Shown here piece after piece: positions 1-12,176 of a stretch of 64,000 nucleotides of DNA. Source of the DNA: an uncultured Actinomycetes bacterium. GTDB taxonomy: Bacteria > Actinomycetota > UBA4738 > HRBIN12. Below the pieces are notes generated by a model, which was not told where the DNA came from, did no database searches, and worked only from the letters and a program-made list of their open reading frames with translations. Where the stretch lies: positions 1,536,001-1,600,000 of the forward strand of contig OY969934.1 of NCBI GenBank assembly GCA_963704725.1. The letters run 5' to 3'. How positions within the stretch are numbered: position 1 is the stretch's first letter; each line of letters opens with the position of its first letter. Position numbers and translations under genes: made by a program.

Positions 1-585
1 GGTCCGACCGTCGCGGCCCGCCTCCCGGATCAGGTCGTCCACGGCGTGGCGGGCCTCGGCGTCGAGCCCGGTGTAGGGCTCGTCGAGCAGGAGCAGCTCG
101 GGCCGGCGCAGGATCGTGCGGGCGACCGCGAGGCGCTGCCGCATCCCCTGCGAGAAGCCCCGGACGCGCTCGGCCGCGACCTCGAGGAGCCCGACCCGAT
201 CGAGCGCGGCGTCGATGCGGCCGTCCTCGAGCCCGAGGAGGCGGCACCAGAACCGGAGGTTCTCCGCCGCCGACAGGTCGTCGTACAGGCGGGTGCGGTG
301 CGACAGCAGCTCGGCCCGCCGCCGGATCTGCTCGCGGTCCCGGGCCAGGTCGAACCCGAGGACCGTGCCCCGGCCGTAGGTGGGGGAGAGCGCGGTCGCC
401 ACGATCCGCAGGAGAGTGGTCTTGCCCGCCCCGTTGGGGCCGCGCAGGACGACGACCTCGCCGCGCTCGATCCGCAGGTCGGTGCGGACCAGGGCGGGAA
501 CGACGCCGAACAGCCGCGTCACGCCGACGAGATCGACGGCGGAGGTGGCGGCACCGATCGACGTTCGGTCGGATGAGGCGCGCAT
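1..585 (-). CDS. ABC transporter ATP-binding protein, CcmA (heme exporter)-like; runs off the window edge
   Basis: Manual minus-strand translation from ATG at 585: Walker A GPNGAGKTT, signature FSQGMRQRLAVAR, Walker B LLLLDEPYTGLD. Not in the ORF track because its stop is outside the window. Confidence 0.85.
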   Translation of the reverse strand, partial: MRASSDRTSIGAATSAVDLVGVTRLFGVVPALVRTDLRIERGEVVVLRGPNGAGKTTLLRIVATALSPTYGRGTVLGFDLARDREQIRRRAELLSHRTRLYDDLSAAENLRFWCRLLGLEDGRIDAALDRVGLLEVAAERVRGFSQGMRQRLAVARTILRRPELLLLDEPYTGLDAEARHAVDDLIREAGRDGRT

Positions 586-657
586 CGGAGCCTCCGTACC
601 CTACCGCGAGTCCACGCCGGCTCGGCCGGCGAGGCGCCGGCCGTAGAATCGTCCTCG

Positions 658-732
658 CGGGATGTAGCGCAGCCTGGTTAGCGCGCGGCGTTTGGGACGC
701 CGAGGCCGCCGGTTCGAATCCGGCCATCCCGA
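658..732 (+). tRNA. tRNA-Pro(TGG)
   Basis: Acceptor CGGGATG/CATCCCG-A, D-arm TAGCGCAGCCTGGTTAGCGC, anticodon stem CGGCG/CGCCG with loop TT-TGG-GA, T-loop GGTTCGAATCC. TAGAAT -10 at 644-649. Confidence 0.95.
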
Positions 733-910
733 CCCCGGTTTGGGTCCATCCCCTTGACCGTGTGCGGCCGCAGGCCCGACACTCCCGCCGTGTCCGTGCC
801 GCTTCCCCGGCCCTGCTCCCGGGTCCGTACCCGGGCTCCCTTCGAGCGGGCCGTGCCGCCCGCCGATGGTGCGGCCGGTCCCGTCACCGGCCGGAGGTAG
901 CGTCGGCGCC

Positions 911-1417
911 ATGCGACTGCGCTCGACGTGTGAGGCACTCCCGGTCCCCACGGTCCGGCGCTTGCTGAGCGGCCTGCCGGAGGCCCGTGGGTTCGAGGTC
1001 GTCGTGAGGCCGCTCCGCTACCGCGAGAAGCCACATCTGGCAGCGCTCACGGACTTCGTGGACCGGACGATCACGCTCCAGGTTCCGGAGCCCTTCTATC
1101 CGTTCGGCGAGGTCGTCGCGTTCGGGGCCAAGCGCCGCCCCGGCCGCACCCTGCGCTTCATCTGGCTGACCGAGGGAGTCACGTTCCGAACGCCGCGGGA
1201 GGTGCTTCGCTTCCTGTACCTGCACGAGTGGATGCACTGGTATCTGAACCAGGAGAGCGGGCGGGGCACGTCCGCCGAGACCACCTGCGACAGGTTCGCG
1301 CTCGTCAACTACCGTCGCCGGAACGTCACGGCCGCCGACGCGGTCGCGTCGCTGCGCAGGACCGGGTCGGAGCCGCCCTCGGCCGCCGCCCGGATCGCCG
1401 CCCGCAAGCGGCTCTAA
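911..1417 (+). CDS. Hypothetical protein with HExxH zinc-metallopeptidase motif (ImmA/IrrE-like)
   Basis: LHEWMH followed by AETTCDRFAL. ATG 911 lies 7 nt after TAGCGT (-10-like). Confidence 0.6.
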   Translation: MRLRSTCEALPVPTVRRLLSGLPEARGFEVVVRPLRYREKPHLAALTDFVDRTITLQVPEPFYPFGEVVAFGAKRRPGRTLRFIWLTEGVTFRTPREVLRFLYLHEWMHWYLNQESGRGTSAETTCDRFALVNYRRRNVTAADAVASLRRTGSEPPSAAARIAARKRL

Positions 1418-1614
1418 CCGTCCGAACGGATCCTTCCGGCCCTCGCCCGGCCGATCAGGAAGCCGATCACCCCGACGACGAGCGCCGAGGCCAGCGCGCA
1501 CGCGAGCGCGCGACCCCGCATCATGGAGCAGGGCTCGCAGTCGTCCTCGGTGGGGAAGTCGCTCGAAGGTTCCGCGCCGGACCGGTGTTGGATCGAGACC
1601 GCCATGGATGCCAC
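1414..1614 (-). CDS. Small putative membrane protein with CxxC
   Basis: 66-aa ORF preceded by GGAGG; CEPC motif followed by one hydrophobic helix (ALACALASALVVGVIGFLIG). Confidence 0.4.
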   Translation of the reverse strand: MASMAVSIQHRSGAEPSSDFPTEDDCEPCSMMRGRALACALASALVVGVIGFLIGRARAGRIRSDG

Positions 1615-1746
1615 CTCCGTACCCCATGCAATCGCGCCGGGAGGGCGCCGACACGCACGAAGGGCCCTGGGCTCGAGGTCCGTTCGGCCTCAGGCGCCGA
1701 CGACGCGTCCCCGTGGCCTCACGGCTCGCCCCGCGTCGATCCGGCG

Positions 1747-2526
1747 TCAGCCGGGTGGGTCGCGCCGGCCGCTCTTCAGCCGGGCCAGGATCTCCTGATG
1801 CAGGACGCCGTTCGTGGTGAGCACGCTCCCGCCGTGCGCGAGCGGCGCCCCGTCGAATTGCGTCATCCGCCCGCCGGCCTCCTCAACCACGACCTCGATC
1901 GCCGCCCAGTCCCACGTCGCCAGCTCGGGCTCGAAGCACACGTCGGCCGAGCCCCGCGCGACGAGCATGTGCCCCCAGAAGTCCCCGAACGCCCGGTTGC
2001 GGCGGGCCTGCCGCATCAGGTCCAGCAGCGGGGGTCCGTGGTCGCTCTCGAGCCAGTCGGTGAGTCCCGCGTGCAGGATCGACGAGCGCCCGATCCGGTC
2101 CGCTCGGGAGACGGCGATCGCGTCGCCGTTCATCGTGGCGCCTCCGCCGCGCGCCGCCTCGTAGCGCTCGCCGAGCGCGGCCGCGTTCACGACGCCGAGC
2201 ACGGGCAGCTCGTCGACGGCGAGCGCGATCAGCGTGGCCCACACCTGGATCCCGTCCGCGAAGTTCCGCGTCCCGTCGATGGGATCGACGATCCACCTTC
2301 GCGAACCGCCGCCCTCCGAGCCGCCCTCCTCGCCGAGCACGCCGTCGGCCGGGTAGCGGGCATGGATGGCGTCGCGGATCATGGCCTCGATCGCCAGGTC
2401 GGCCTCGGTCACCGGGGTCCGGTCGACCTTCGTCCGCACATCGAACGAGCCGCGGAAGAACGAGAGCGCGATCCGGCCCGCCTCGTCGGCCAGCTCGCCG
2501 GCGAACGCGAGCTCCTCCTCGAACAT
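1747..2526 (-). CDS. hisN: Histidinol-phosphatase, inositol monophosphatase family
   Basis: KVDRTPVTEAD, LGEE, WIVDPIDGTRNF, GDFWGHMLVARG, WDWAA and EEAGG motifs. Confidence 0.8.
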   Translation of the reverse strand: MFEEELAFAGELADEAGRIALSFFRGSFDVRTKVDRTPVTEADLAIEAMIRDAIHARYPADGVLGEEGGSEGGGSRRWIVDPIDGTRNFADGIQVWATLIALAVDELPVLGVVNAAALGERYEAARGGGATMNGDAIAVSRADRIGRSSILHAGLTDWLESDHGPPLLDLMRQARRNRAFGDFWGHMLVARGSADVCFEPELATWDWAAIEVVVEEAGGRMTQFDGAPLAHGGSVLTTNGVLHQEILARLKSGRRDPPG

Positions 2527-2609
2527 CCGTGCCTCCGCGGTCGTCCCGGGCCCTCCTCCCGCGGAGCGTACCCGGCCCACCACGTCGTGCCTGCTAGATT
2601 CGGTGCTCC

Positions 2610-4037
2610 ATGCAGATCACCGTCGAGGAGACCGACCGGCACAAGGTCAAGCTGACGATCAACGTGCCGCCGGAGGAGTTCGGCAAGGACCTCGACCGGG
2701 CCTACCGCCGGATCGCCCAGCAGGTGCGGATCCCCGGATTCCGCAAGGGCAAGGTCCCCAAGCGCATCATCGACGCCCAGATCGGGCGCGAGGCAGTCCT
2801 CGGCGAGTTCCTCGAGGACTCGGTCCCCACGTACTACCGGGACGCGCTGCGGGAGAACGACCTCGCGCCGATCGCGGAGCCCGACATCGACGTCGAGCAG
2901 CTCGAGGACGGCAAGCCGCTGGTCTTCACGGCGACCGTCGAGGTGCGGCCCCGCCTGCGGCTCGAGCCGTCCGACTATCGCGGGATCGAGGTCGAGCGAC
3001 CCTCCGTCGAGGTCACCGACGAGGACGTCGACCGCCTGGTCGACTCGCTCCGGGAACGCTTCGCCGAGCTCGAGCCCGTCGGTCGCCCGGCTCGATCCGG
3101 CGACTACATGGTGATCGACCTGCGGGCGACCCTGCACGAGGAGGAGATCCCGGAGGCCACCCGCCCCGACTACCTCTACGAGGTCGGGTCCGGCGAGTTC
3201 GGTGACAAGCTCGACGCGGAGCTCGAGGGCAAGCGCTCGGGCGAGATCCTCAAGCACAACGACGTCCTTCCCGAGCGCCTCGGCGAGCACGGGGGCCAGG
3301 AGGTCTCGTTCTCGGTGCTGGTCAAGGAGGTCAAGGCCAAACGGCTCCCCGACGCCGACGACGAGTTCGCCACGACCGCGTCCGAGTTCGACACGCTCGA
3401 GGAGCTGAAGGCGAGCCTGCGCGAGCAGATCCGCAAGAACAAGGAGCGCAGCGGCGACGCGGCGGTCCGCGACCGCGTGCTGCAGGCTCTCGTCGACGGC
3501 ACCGAGGTCGATCTCCCCGAGACGCTCGTCGACGAAGAGACGGAGCATCGCATCACCCATGCCCGCGAGCGGGCCGAGCAGATCGGCATGACCCTCGACC
3601 AGCTCCTGGAGACCCAGGGGTTCGACGAGTTGCGCTTCCGCTCCGACGCGCGGCAGCACGCCGAGCGGGCCATCACGGCCGACCTCGTGCTGGAGTCGGT
3701 CGCTCGCTCGGAGAACCTCGAGGTCACGTCCGAGGAGCTCGGCGCCGAGATCGCAGAGCTCGCCGCTGCGCTCGGGCGCGACGCGAAGGACGTGGCGAAG
3801 AGCCTCGATCGCTCCGGTCAGGTCGTGGCACTGGCCAGTGATATCATCCGCTCGAAGGCGCTCGACGTGCTCGTCGAGCATGCGAACATCCGTCCGGAGT
3901 CGGGCTCGAGCAGGGAAGAAGAGACCGCGTCCAAGGAGGATCCCCCGTCCCTCGAACCGGACCGGGGCCCGTCCGAGGCGTCCGAGGAACCCTCCGAGCA
4001 GGAGTCGTCCGCCCAGGAGCAAGAGGAGACGTCATGA
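2610..4037 (+). CDS. tig: Trigger factor
   Basis: Ribosome-binding signature [10 protein letters not shown]; located upstream of clpP-clpX. Confidence 0.95.
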   Translation: MQITVEETDRHKVKLTINVPPEEFGKDLDRAYRRIAQQVRIPGFRKGKVPKRIIDAQIGREAVLGEFLEDSVPTYYRDALRENDLAPIAEPDIDVEQLEDGKPLVFTATVEVRPRLRLEPSDYRGIEVERPSVEVTDEDVDRLVDSLRERFAELEPVGRPARSGDYMVIDLRATLHEEEIPEATRPDYLYEVGSGEFGDKLDAELEGKRSGEILKHNDVLPERLGEHGGQEVSFSVLVKEVKAKRLPDADDEFATTASEFDTLEELKASLREQIRKNKERSGDAAVRDRVLQALVDGTEVDLPETLVDEETEHRITHARERAEQIGMTLDQLLETQGFDELRFRSDARQHAERAITADLVLESVARSENLEVTSEELGAEIAELAAALGRDAKDVAKSLDRSGQVVALASDIIRSKALDVLVEHANIRPESGSSREEETASKEDPPSLEPDRGPSEASEEPSEQESSAQEQEETS

Positions 4038-4663
4038 AGGACTATCTCGTCCCCGTCGTCGTCGAGCAGACCAGCCGCGGCGAGCGCTCGTTCGACATCT
4101 ACTCGCGCCTGCTGAAAGAGCGGATCGTGTTCCTCGGCACGCCGATCGACGACAACGTGGGCAACCTCATCATGGCCCAGCTCCTGCATCTCGAGTCCGA
4201 GGACCCCGACAAGGACATCAACCTGTACATCAACTCGCCGGGCGGGGACATCACCGCGCTGTTCGCGATCTACGACACGATGCAGTACGTGAAGTGCGAC
4301 GTGTCGACCACCGTGATGGGACAGGCGGCGTCGGCCGCCGCCGTGCTCGCGCTCGCGGGGACCAAGGGCAAGCGCTACGCGCTGCCGCACTCGCGGATCC
4401 TGCTGCACCAGCCGCACGGCGGAGCGCAGGGCCAGGCGGTCGACATCGAGATCCAGGCGCGCGAGATCATCCGGTACCGCCAGCTCCTGGACCAGCTCAT
4501 CTCCGAGCACACTGGGCAGCCGCTCGAGAAGGTGGGCAAGGACACGGATCGCGACTACATCCTCACCGCCACAGAGGCCGTCGAGTACGGCGTCGTGGAC
4601 GAGGTCATCACCACCCGCAAGATGAAGCCCGAACTCGCAGCGGCGGCCGCGGGCGGGTCGTAG
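4034..4663 (+). CDS. clpP: ATP-dependent Clp protease proteolytic subunit
   Basis: [27 protein letters not shown] (catalytic Ser), LLHQP, DTDRD. Confidence 0.97.
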   Translation: MKDYLVPVVVEQTSRGERSFDIYSRLLKERIVFLGTPIDDNVGNLIMAQLLHLESEDPDKDINLYINSPGGDITALFAIYDTMQYVKCDVSTTVMGQAASAAAVLALAGTKGKRYALPHSRILLHQPHGGAQGQAVDIEIQAREIIRYRQLLDQLISEHTGQPLEKVGKDTDRDYILTATEAVEYGVVDEVITTRKMKPELAAAAAGGS

Positions 4664-4720
4664 GATTCCACGCACGAGGCCGCGCGCCGGGCGCGGCCGT
4701 TCGGCTCAGGGGACGGGGGC

Positions 4721-5982
<1,262 letters not shown>

Positions 5983-5986
<4 letters not shown>

Positions 5987-8900
5987 CCCAGAGCCTCCTC
6001 GAGCGCGTGCGCGCGCTCCCGCTCCCGTCTCGCACCCAGCCTCTCGAACACCTCTCCGGCGCTCCGCAACCGTGCGCGAGCCTCAGCCGCGCGTCCTGCG
6101 GGCGCGAGCGCCTCGGCGAGAAAGGTCTGGGTCCGGGCCTCCTCCCAGCGTGCGGACAGCGAGGCGAAGTCGTCGCTCGCCCGCTCGAGGAGGGCGACGG
6201 CGCGCCGGTGGTCGCCGGCGGCGAGGGCGCCCCGCCCCTCGAGGCGATCGACGTGGATGGGGAGGGCTCGGAGCCCGGCCTCGGCCGCGTACGCCCGCGC
6301 AGCCTCGGCGAACGCCGGCGCCCGGTCCCACCGCCCGGACTCCGCCACGTGCTCCGCCTGGACCTGCCGCAGCAGCGGCAGGTGGCCCGAGATGCGGCTC
6401 TCGTCGGCCGCGGCGAGCAGATCCCCGGCCTCGTCGAGCGCGCCGGTGCCCATGAGCGCCCACGCCAGCCACGTCCGGATGTTCCCGCGGCCGATCGTCG
6501 CGTCGACGGCGCCGAGCATCTCGCGCAGGATCCCGACGTGCCGGTCGGCGCGATCGTCGTCCTGGAGGGACTCGATCACGGCCAGCGCGCCGAACATGTT
6601 CGCCGCGAAGTACGGCGGATGCTCGGCACGTGCCGGCCCGAGCAGACGCTCGACCGTCGGGCCGAGCTCGTCGACCACCCGGTACCAGTTGCCGAGCTCG
6701 AGCTCGGCGATCGCGCACCAGCTCAGCCCGTGGGTCGCCAGCCCCTCGGCCCCGAGCTCGATGAGGTCGAACGCCCGGTTCCCGAAGGTCCGGGCGCGCT
6801 CGTAGTCGCCGATCATGACCGCGTTCCACGTGGCCATGTCGTTCACGTCCCCGACCTCCCATGGGTCGTCGAATCCCTCGGCGAGCTCGAGGCGTCGCTC
6901 GAGGATCGGAACCGCGCCGCCGTAGTTGCCGATCGCGATCAGCGAGGAGCCGGCGCCGTCCAGAGCCGCGGACGCGAGGTCGGGCCTGCCGATCGCGAGC
7001 GCGGCGTCCGCCGCCGCCAGACCGGCCCGGTGGCATGCGTCGACCTCCTCGGGCGTCGAGCCCCGGATCGGCGCGAACGCGAAGAGGGTGAACGCGGACG
7101 CGGTCACGAGCCGGATCCACTCGACCGAACCCTCTCGTGCCAGCGCCAGCCCCTGCTCGATGTACCGGCGGACGACCTCCTCGTCGGGGGTCGTCCTCAT
7201 CGACCCGGGCCAGCGCATCGGGTTCTCCACGGCCCGGGCGCAGACCCGCGCGATGGCCTCCCCGTCGTCGGCCACGTCGCGCAGCCGGATGTCCGCCGCC
7301 TCCCGCAGGGACGTCCACGAGAGGTCGCCCTGGTAGTTGGTGCGCGCGATCATGCCCCGCTGCTCGAGGCTCCGGGCCCGCTCCAGCGGCGTGCTGGCGA
7401 GCGCGAGGGCCTTCTCCACGAGCCGGAGGGCGCCGTCGGTGGCGAACCGCCGTCGGGTCGCCTCCGCCGCCTCGAGGAACGCCTCGAACGCCTGGAGGCG
7501 GAGGTGTTCGAGCCGGACGGGATCGTCCCCGCCGTCCAGCGCGCTTCGGTGGGCCTCGGCGTAGTGATGGGCCAGGAGCTCGGCGAACTCCGGACGGCGC
7601 TCGCCCGCCGTCGCCTCGATCCACTCGGCGACCGAGGCGTGTGCCGGACCGCGCTCGCGACGGGGGAGCGTCGCGTAGGCCACGTCCCGCGTGAGGATGT
7701 GCTTGAAGATGAACTCCGGCTCGCCCGCGATCGACGAGGTGAGCCGGCTCCGCACCAGCTCCCGCTCCACCAGCCGATCGAGGGTGTCACGGAGCCGGTC
7801 CCGGTCTCCGTTCAGCAATCTGCCCACCGGCCCCGGCCAGAACACCCGGCCCACCACCGCAGCCCGCTGCAACGCGCGCTTCTCGACCGCGTCGAGCAGG
7901 TCGATCCGGGCGGCGAGCACGCCCTGGACGGTGTCGGGGATCTCGACGTCGCCGATGTCGGGGGAGGCGCGCCACCGGTCTCCGTCGCGGACGATGCGCC
8001 GGTCGTCGATGAGGTGACGGACGATCTCCTCGAGGAAGAAGGGATTGCCCTCGGCTCGCGCGAGGATCTGGGACCGGATGCGATCGGGCAGGTCCTGCAC
8101 CGAGAGCAGCAGGTTGACCAGCCGGCCGGCGTGCTCGGCCGAGAGCGGCTCGATCGCGAGCGAGGAGACGTTGCGGTGACCGCCGCCCCAACCGGGACGG
8201 CGCTCCGTGAGCTCCGGCCGGGACGGACACAGGAACAGGACCGGACCGACGACGCGGTCGATCAGGTGCTCCAGGAGGTCGAGCAGCGCGGGATCGGCCC
8301 AGTGGATGTCCTCGATCACGACGACGAGCGCCGATCGCGCCGACAGCGAGGAGAAGAACACCCGCCAGGCGGCGCGCATCCGGTCCCGGACCTGGCGGGG
8401 CTCCAGCTCGCGCATCGACGCCGTCGGGAACTCCAGGCCGACGGTGTACGCGATCGCTCCGCACGCCGCTGCGGGGTCGATCGACGGGTCCGCGGCGAGC
8501 ACGTCGTCGCACGACGCCTCGATCTTGCCGAGCACGACCTCGGTAGCGTCGGAGTCCAGGACGCCCGCGTGCGACTTCAGGATCTCGGCGAGCGGCCAGT
8601 ACGTGACGCCCTCGCCGTACGGCAGGCAGCGCCCCAGGGCGATCGTGGGTGCGGGCTGCTGCGCCTCGGCCCAGCCGAGGAACTCGCGGGCGAGGCGGCT
8701 CTTGCCGACCCCGGGATCGCCGTAGATCGTGACGAGGTTCGGGCGTCCCTCCGTCACCACGCCCTCGAACACGGTCTGCAGGAACGCGAGCTCCCGGTCG
8801 CGCCCCACCATCGGAGCGTGGAGCCCCGGCACGCCGCGCTGAGGCCGGTCCGGCGCCTCCTCGACGAGCGTCACGGCCGGGACCGGATGCTCCTTGCCGC

Positions 8901-9582
8901 GGAGGTCCTGGGGCCCGAGCTCCGAGTAACGGAACCCCCGTGCGGCTCGGGCCGTGCGCTCGGCCACGACGATCTGGCCGGGCTCGGCGGCCTGCTCGAG
9001 GCGGGCGGCGACGTTCACGGCGTCCCCCGCGACCATCGCGTCGCCGGGGCTCGGGTGGATCGCCGCGAGGACCTCGCCGGTGTTCACCCCGGTGCGGACC
9101 TGCAGCACGACCCCGAACCGGGACTCGAGCGAGCGGTTCACGTCCTGCAGGCGCCGTCGCATCCGAAGGGCGGCGCGAAGCGCCCGGCTCGGATCGTCCT
9201 CGTGGGCCGTGGGGACCCCGAAGGCCGCCATGACGGCATCCCCGATGAACTTCTCGACGGTCCCCCCCTCCGCCTCGATCTCCTCCCGCATCGCGTGGAA
9301 GTAGGTGTCGAGCACCTCCTGGAGCCGCTCGGGGTCGAGGCGCTCGCCGAGCCCCGTGGACCCGACGAGATCGGCGAACAGGATCGTCACGATCCGTCGC
9401 TCCTGGCCCGCCGGCGGCGGCGCGGTCTCGACCAGGGCGGCGCCGCAGCCCGGGCAGAACCGCGCCCCGGCGGGGGGCTCGGTGCCGCAGACCGGGCAGG
9501 CCGGCACGAGCGACGCCCCGCACGACAGGCAGAAGCGCGCGCCCTCAGGGTTCTGCGTCCCGCAGCTCGAGCACCGGGTCAC
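5983..9582 (-). CDS. Double zinc-ribbon + class III adenylate/guanylate cyclase + P-loop NTPase (AAA_16/STAND-like) + helical TPR-like repeat protein
   Basis: Four CxxC pairs; [19 protein letters not shown] and [12 protein letters not shown] cyclase motifs; [35 protein letters not shown]; Ala-rich helical C-terminus. Confidence 0.9.
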
Positions 9583-9630
9583 GGTTCCCCGAGTCTAGGG
9601 GGACCCGAGCGCCCCGTTAAACTCGGCGCC

Positions 9631-12174
9631 ATGACTGTGCCGGAGAAGCCGAGCCTGGACGGGCTCGAGGCCAAGTGGGACGAGTGGTGGGAGGCGGCGG
9701 GCACGTACCGCTTCGACCGCTCGAAGACGCGCGACGAGATCTTCGCGATCGACACGCCGCCGCCCACGGCGAGCGGATCGCTCCACGTGGGTCACGTGTG
9801 CTCGTTCACGCACACCGATCTGGTCGCCCGGTTCCAGCGGATGCGGGGCAAGACCGTGTTCTACCCGATGGGCTGGGACGACAACGGCCTGCCCACCGAG
9901 CGGCGCGTCCAGAACTACTTCGGTGTCCGGTGCGACCCCTCCCTGCCTCACGATCCGCACTTCGACGTCGACGCGCTCGATCGGCCGGACGGCGAGATCG
10001 TCCCGGTCTCGCGGCCCAACTTCATCGAGCTCTGCGAGCGCCTGACCGCCGAGGACGAGAAGGGGTTCGAGGCGCTGTTTCGCCTCCTCGGGCTCTCGGT
10101 CGACTGGACGCAGACCTACACGACGATCGACGAACGCTCGCGCCGCGCCTCCCAGCGCGCGTTCCTGCGCCTGCTGGCTCGCGGTCTCGCGTATCGCGCC
10201 GAGGCCCCCACGATGTGGGACGTCGACTTCCAGACGGCCGTGGCGCAGGCCGAGATCGAGGACCGCCAGGTGGACGGGACCTACCACCGGGTCCGGTTCG
10301 ATCTGGCCGACGGCTCGGGGAGCGTCGAGATCGAGACCTCGCGGCCCGAGCTGGTCCCGGCGTGCGTGGCCCTCGTCGTCAACCCGTCGGACGAGCGGTT
10401 CCGGTCGCTGGTCGGACGCGCGGCGGTGACCCCGCTGTTCGGCGTGGAGGTTCCCATCGTCGCCCACGAGCTGGCCGAGCCGGACAAGGGCACGGGCATC
10501 GCGATGATCTGCACGTTCGGCGACATCACCGACGTGACCTGGTGGCGCGAGCTGCGCCTGCCCGCCCGGGTGATCGTGCTGCGCGACGGCACGATCGCCC
10601 CGCCCCGATGGGGGGAGCCGGGTTGGGAGTCACGCGACGTCGAGGCAGCCCGCCGGGCGCAGGGTGAGCTGACCGGGATGCCGTCGCGTGCGGCGCGCAA
10701 GCGGATCGCCACGCTGCTGGCGGACTCGGGGCACCTCGCCGGTGAACCGACGCCCGTTCGCCACGCCGTGAAGTTCTACGAGCGCGGCGAGCGTGCGCTC
10801 GAGGTGGTCTCGAGCCGCCAGTGGTTCGTGAAGACGATCGAGTTCCGCGACGAGCTCCTCGCGCGCGGTCGCCAGATCCGCTGGCATCCCGAGCATATGG
10901 GCTCGCGGTACGCCTCGTGGGTGGAGGGGCTGAACGGCGACTGGTGCGTCAGCCGCCAGCGCTTCTTCGGCGTCCCGTTCCCCGTCTGGTACCGCCTCGA
11001 CGAGGACGGCGAGCCCGACCACGACCATCCGCTCGTGCCGAGTGAGGACCGGCTCCCGGTCGACCCGTCGAGCGACACCCCAGAGGGCTACACGGAGGAC
11101 CAGCGCGGGAAGCCGAACGGGTTCGACGGCGACCCCGACATCATGGACACGTGGGCGACGTCCTCACTCACGCCGCAGATCGCGGGGGGATGGGAGGAGG
11201 ACGACGACCTGTTCCGGCGCGTCTTCCCCATGGACCTCCGGCCCCAGGCACACGAGATCATCCGCACCTGGCTGTTCTACACGGTGTTGAAGGCGCACCT
11301 GGAGCACGACTCGCTGCCGTTCACCAACGCGGCGATCAGCGGCTTCGTCCTCGACCCCGAGCGTAAGAAGATGTCGAAGTCCAAGGGCAACGTCGTGACG
11401 CCGACGGAGACGTTCGAGCGCCACAGCGCCGACGCGGTCCGCTACTGGGCGGGGAGCGCCCGGCTCGGGATCGACGCGACCTTCGACGAGCAGCAGATGC
11501 GCGTCGGGCGCAGGCTCGCGATCAAGATCCTGAACGCGTCGCGCTTCGTCCTGTCGCTCGAGGCGCCCGGGGGCCCGATCAACGACCCGCTCGACCGGTC
11601 GTTGCTGCTGGCCCTGTCGGGCGTCGTGTCCGACGCCACCGCCGCGCTCGAGGACTACGACCACGCGAAGGCGCTCGACCTGACCGAGCGGTTCTTCTGG
11701 GGCTTCACGGACGACTACCTCGAGCTCGTGAAGAGCCGGGCATACGGCTCCCACGGTCCGGAGGCGGCCGGCTCCGCGATCGCGTCGCTGCGGCTCGCCC
11801 TTTCCGTCCTGCTTCGGCTGTTCGCTCCGTTCCAGCCGTACGTGACCGAGGAGGTCTGGTCCTGGTGGCGGACGGGCTCGATCCACCGGGCCGACTGGCC
11901 CGAGCTCGGGGAGCTCGATCCGTTCCACGAGGGCGACGCTCGGATGTACGACCTGGCCGCGTGGGTGCTCGGCGAGGTCCGCAAGGCGAAGGCGCTGGCC
12001 AAGCGCTCCCTCCGAGTCGAGGTCGAGCGCGTCGTGGTCCACGACACCGAGGAGCGCCTCAAGGCCCTCCGCGGCGTGGAGCGGGACGTCCGCGAGGCCG
12101 GCAACGTCGCCGCGATCGAGTACGTCGAGGCCACAGAGCCCTCGGTCGAGGTCGTTCTGCCGCCTGCGGAGTAA
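9631..12174 (+). CDS. valS: Valine-tRNA ligase (archaeal-like type 2)
   Basis: DTPPPTASGSLHVGH, GWDDNGLPTER, WCVSRQRFFG, MDTWATSS, KMSKSKGN. Followed by folC-ndk. True start ATG 9631, not 5887. Confidence 0.95.
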   Translation: MTVPEKPSLDGLEAKWDEWWEAAGTYRFDRSKTRDEIFAIDTPPPTASGSLHVGHVCSFTHTDLVARFQRMRGKTVFYPMGWDDNGLPTERRVQNYFGVRCDPSLPHDPHFDVDALDRPDGEIVPVSRPNFIELCERLTAEDEKGFEALFRLLGLSVDWTQTYTTIDERSRRASQRAFLRLLARGLAYRAEAPTMWDVDFQTAVAQAEIEDRQVDGTYHRVRFDLADGSGSVEIETSRPELVPACVALVVNPSDERFRSLVGRAAVTPLFGVEVPIVAHELAEPDKGTGIAMICTFGDITDVTWWRELRLPARVIVLRDGTIAPPRWGEPGWESRDVEAARRAQGELTGMPSRAARKRIATLLADSGHLAGEPTPVRHAVKFYERGERALEVVSSRQWFVKTIEFRDELLARGRQIRWHPEHMGSRYASWVEGLNGDWCVSRQRFFGVPFPVWYRLDEDGEPDHDHPLVPSEDRLPVDPSSDTPEGYTEDQRGKPNGFDGDPDIMDTWATSSLTPQIAGGWEEDDDLFRRVFPMDLRPQAHEIIRTWLFYTVLKAHLEHDSLPFTNAAISGFVLDPERKKMSKSKGNVVTPTETFERHSADAVRYWAGSARLGIDATFDEQQMRVGRRLAIKILNASRFVLSLEAPGGPINDPLDRSLLLALSGVVSDATAALEDYDHAKALDLTERFFWGFTDDYLELVKSRAYGSHGPEAAGSAIASLRLALSVLLRLFAPFQPYVTEEVWSWWRTGSIHRADWPELGELDPFHEGDARMYDLAAWVLGEVRKAKALAKRSLRVEVERVVVHDTEERLKALRGVERDVREAGNVAAIEYVEATEPSVEVVLPPAE

Positions 12175-12176
12175 CC

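Noticed and set aside
658-1750. Genomic island at tRNA-Pro
   Set aside because: No integrase, no duplicated tRNA 3' end that I could find, and no compositional shift.
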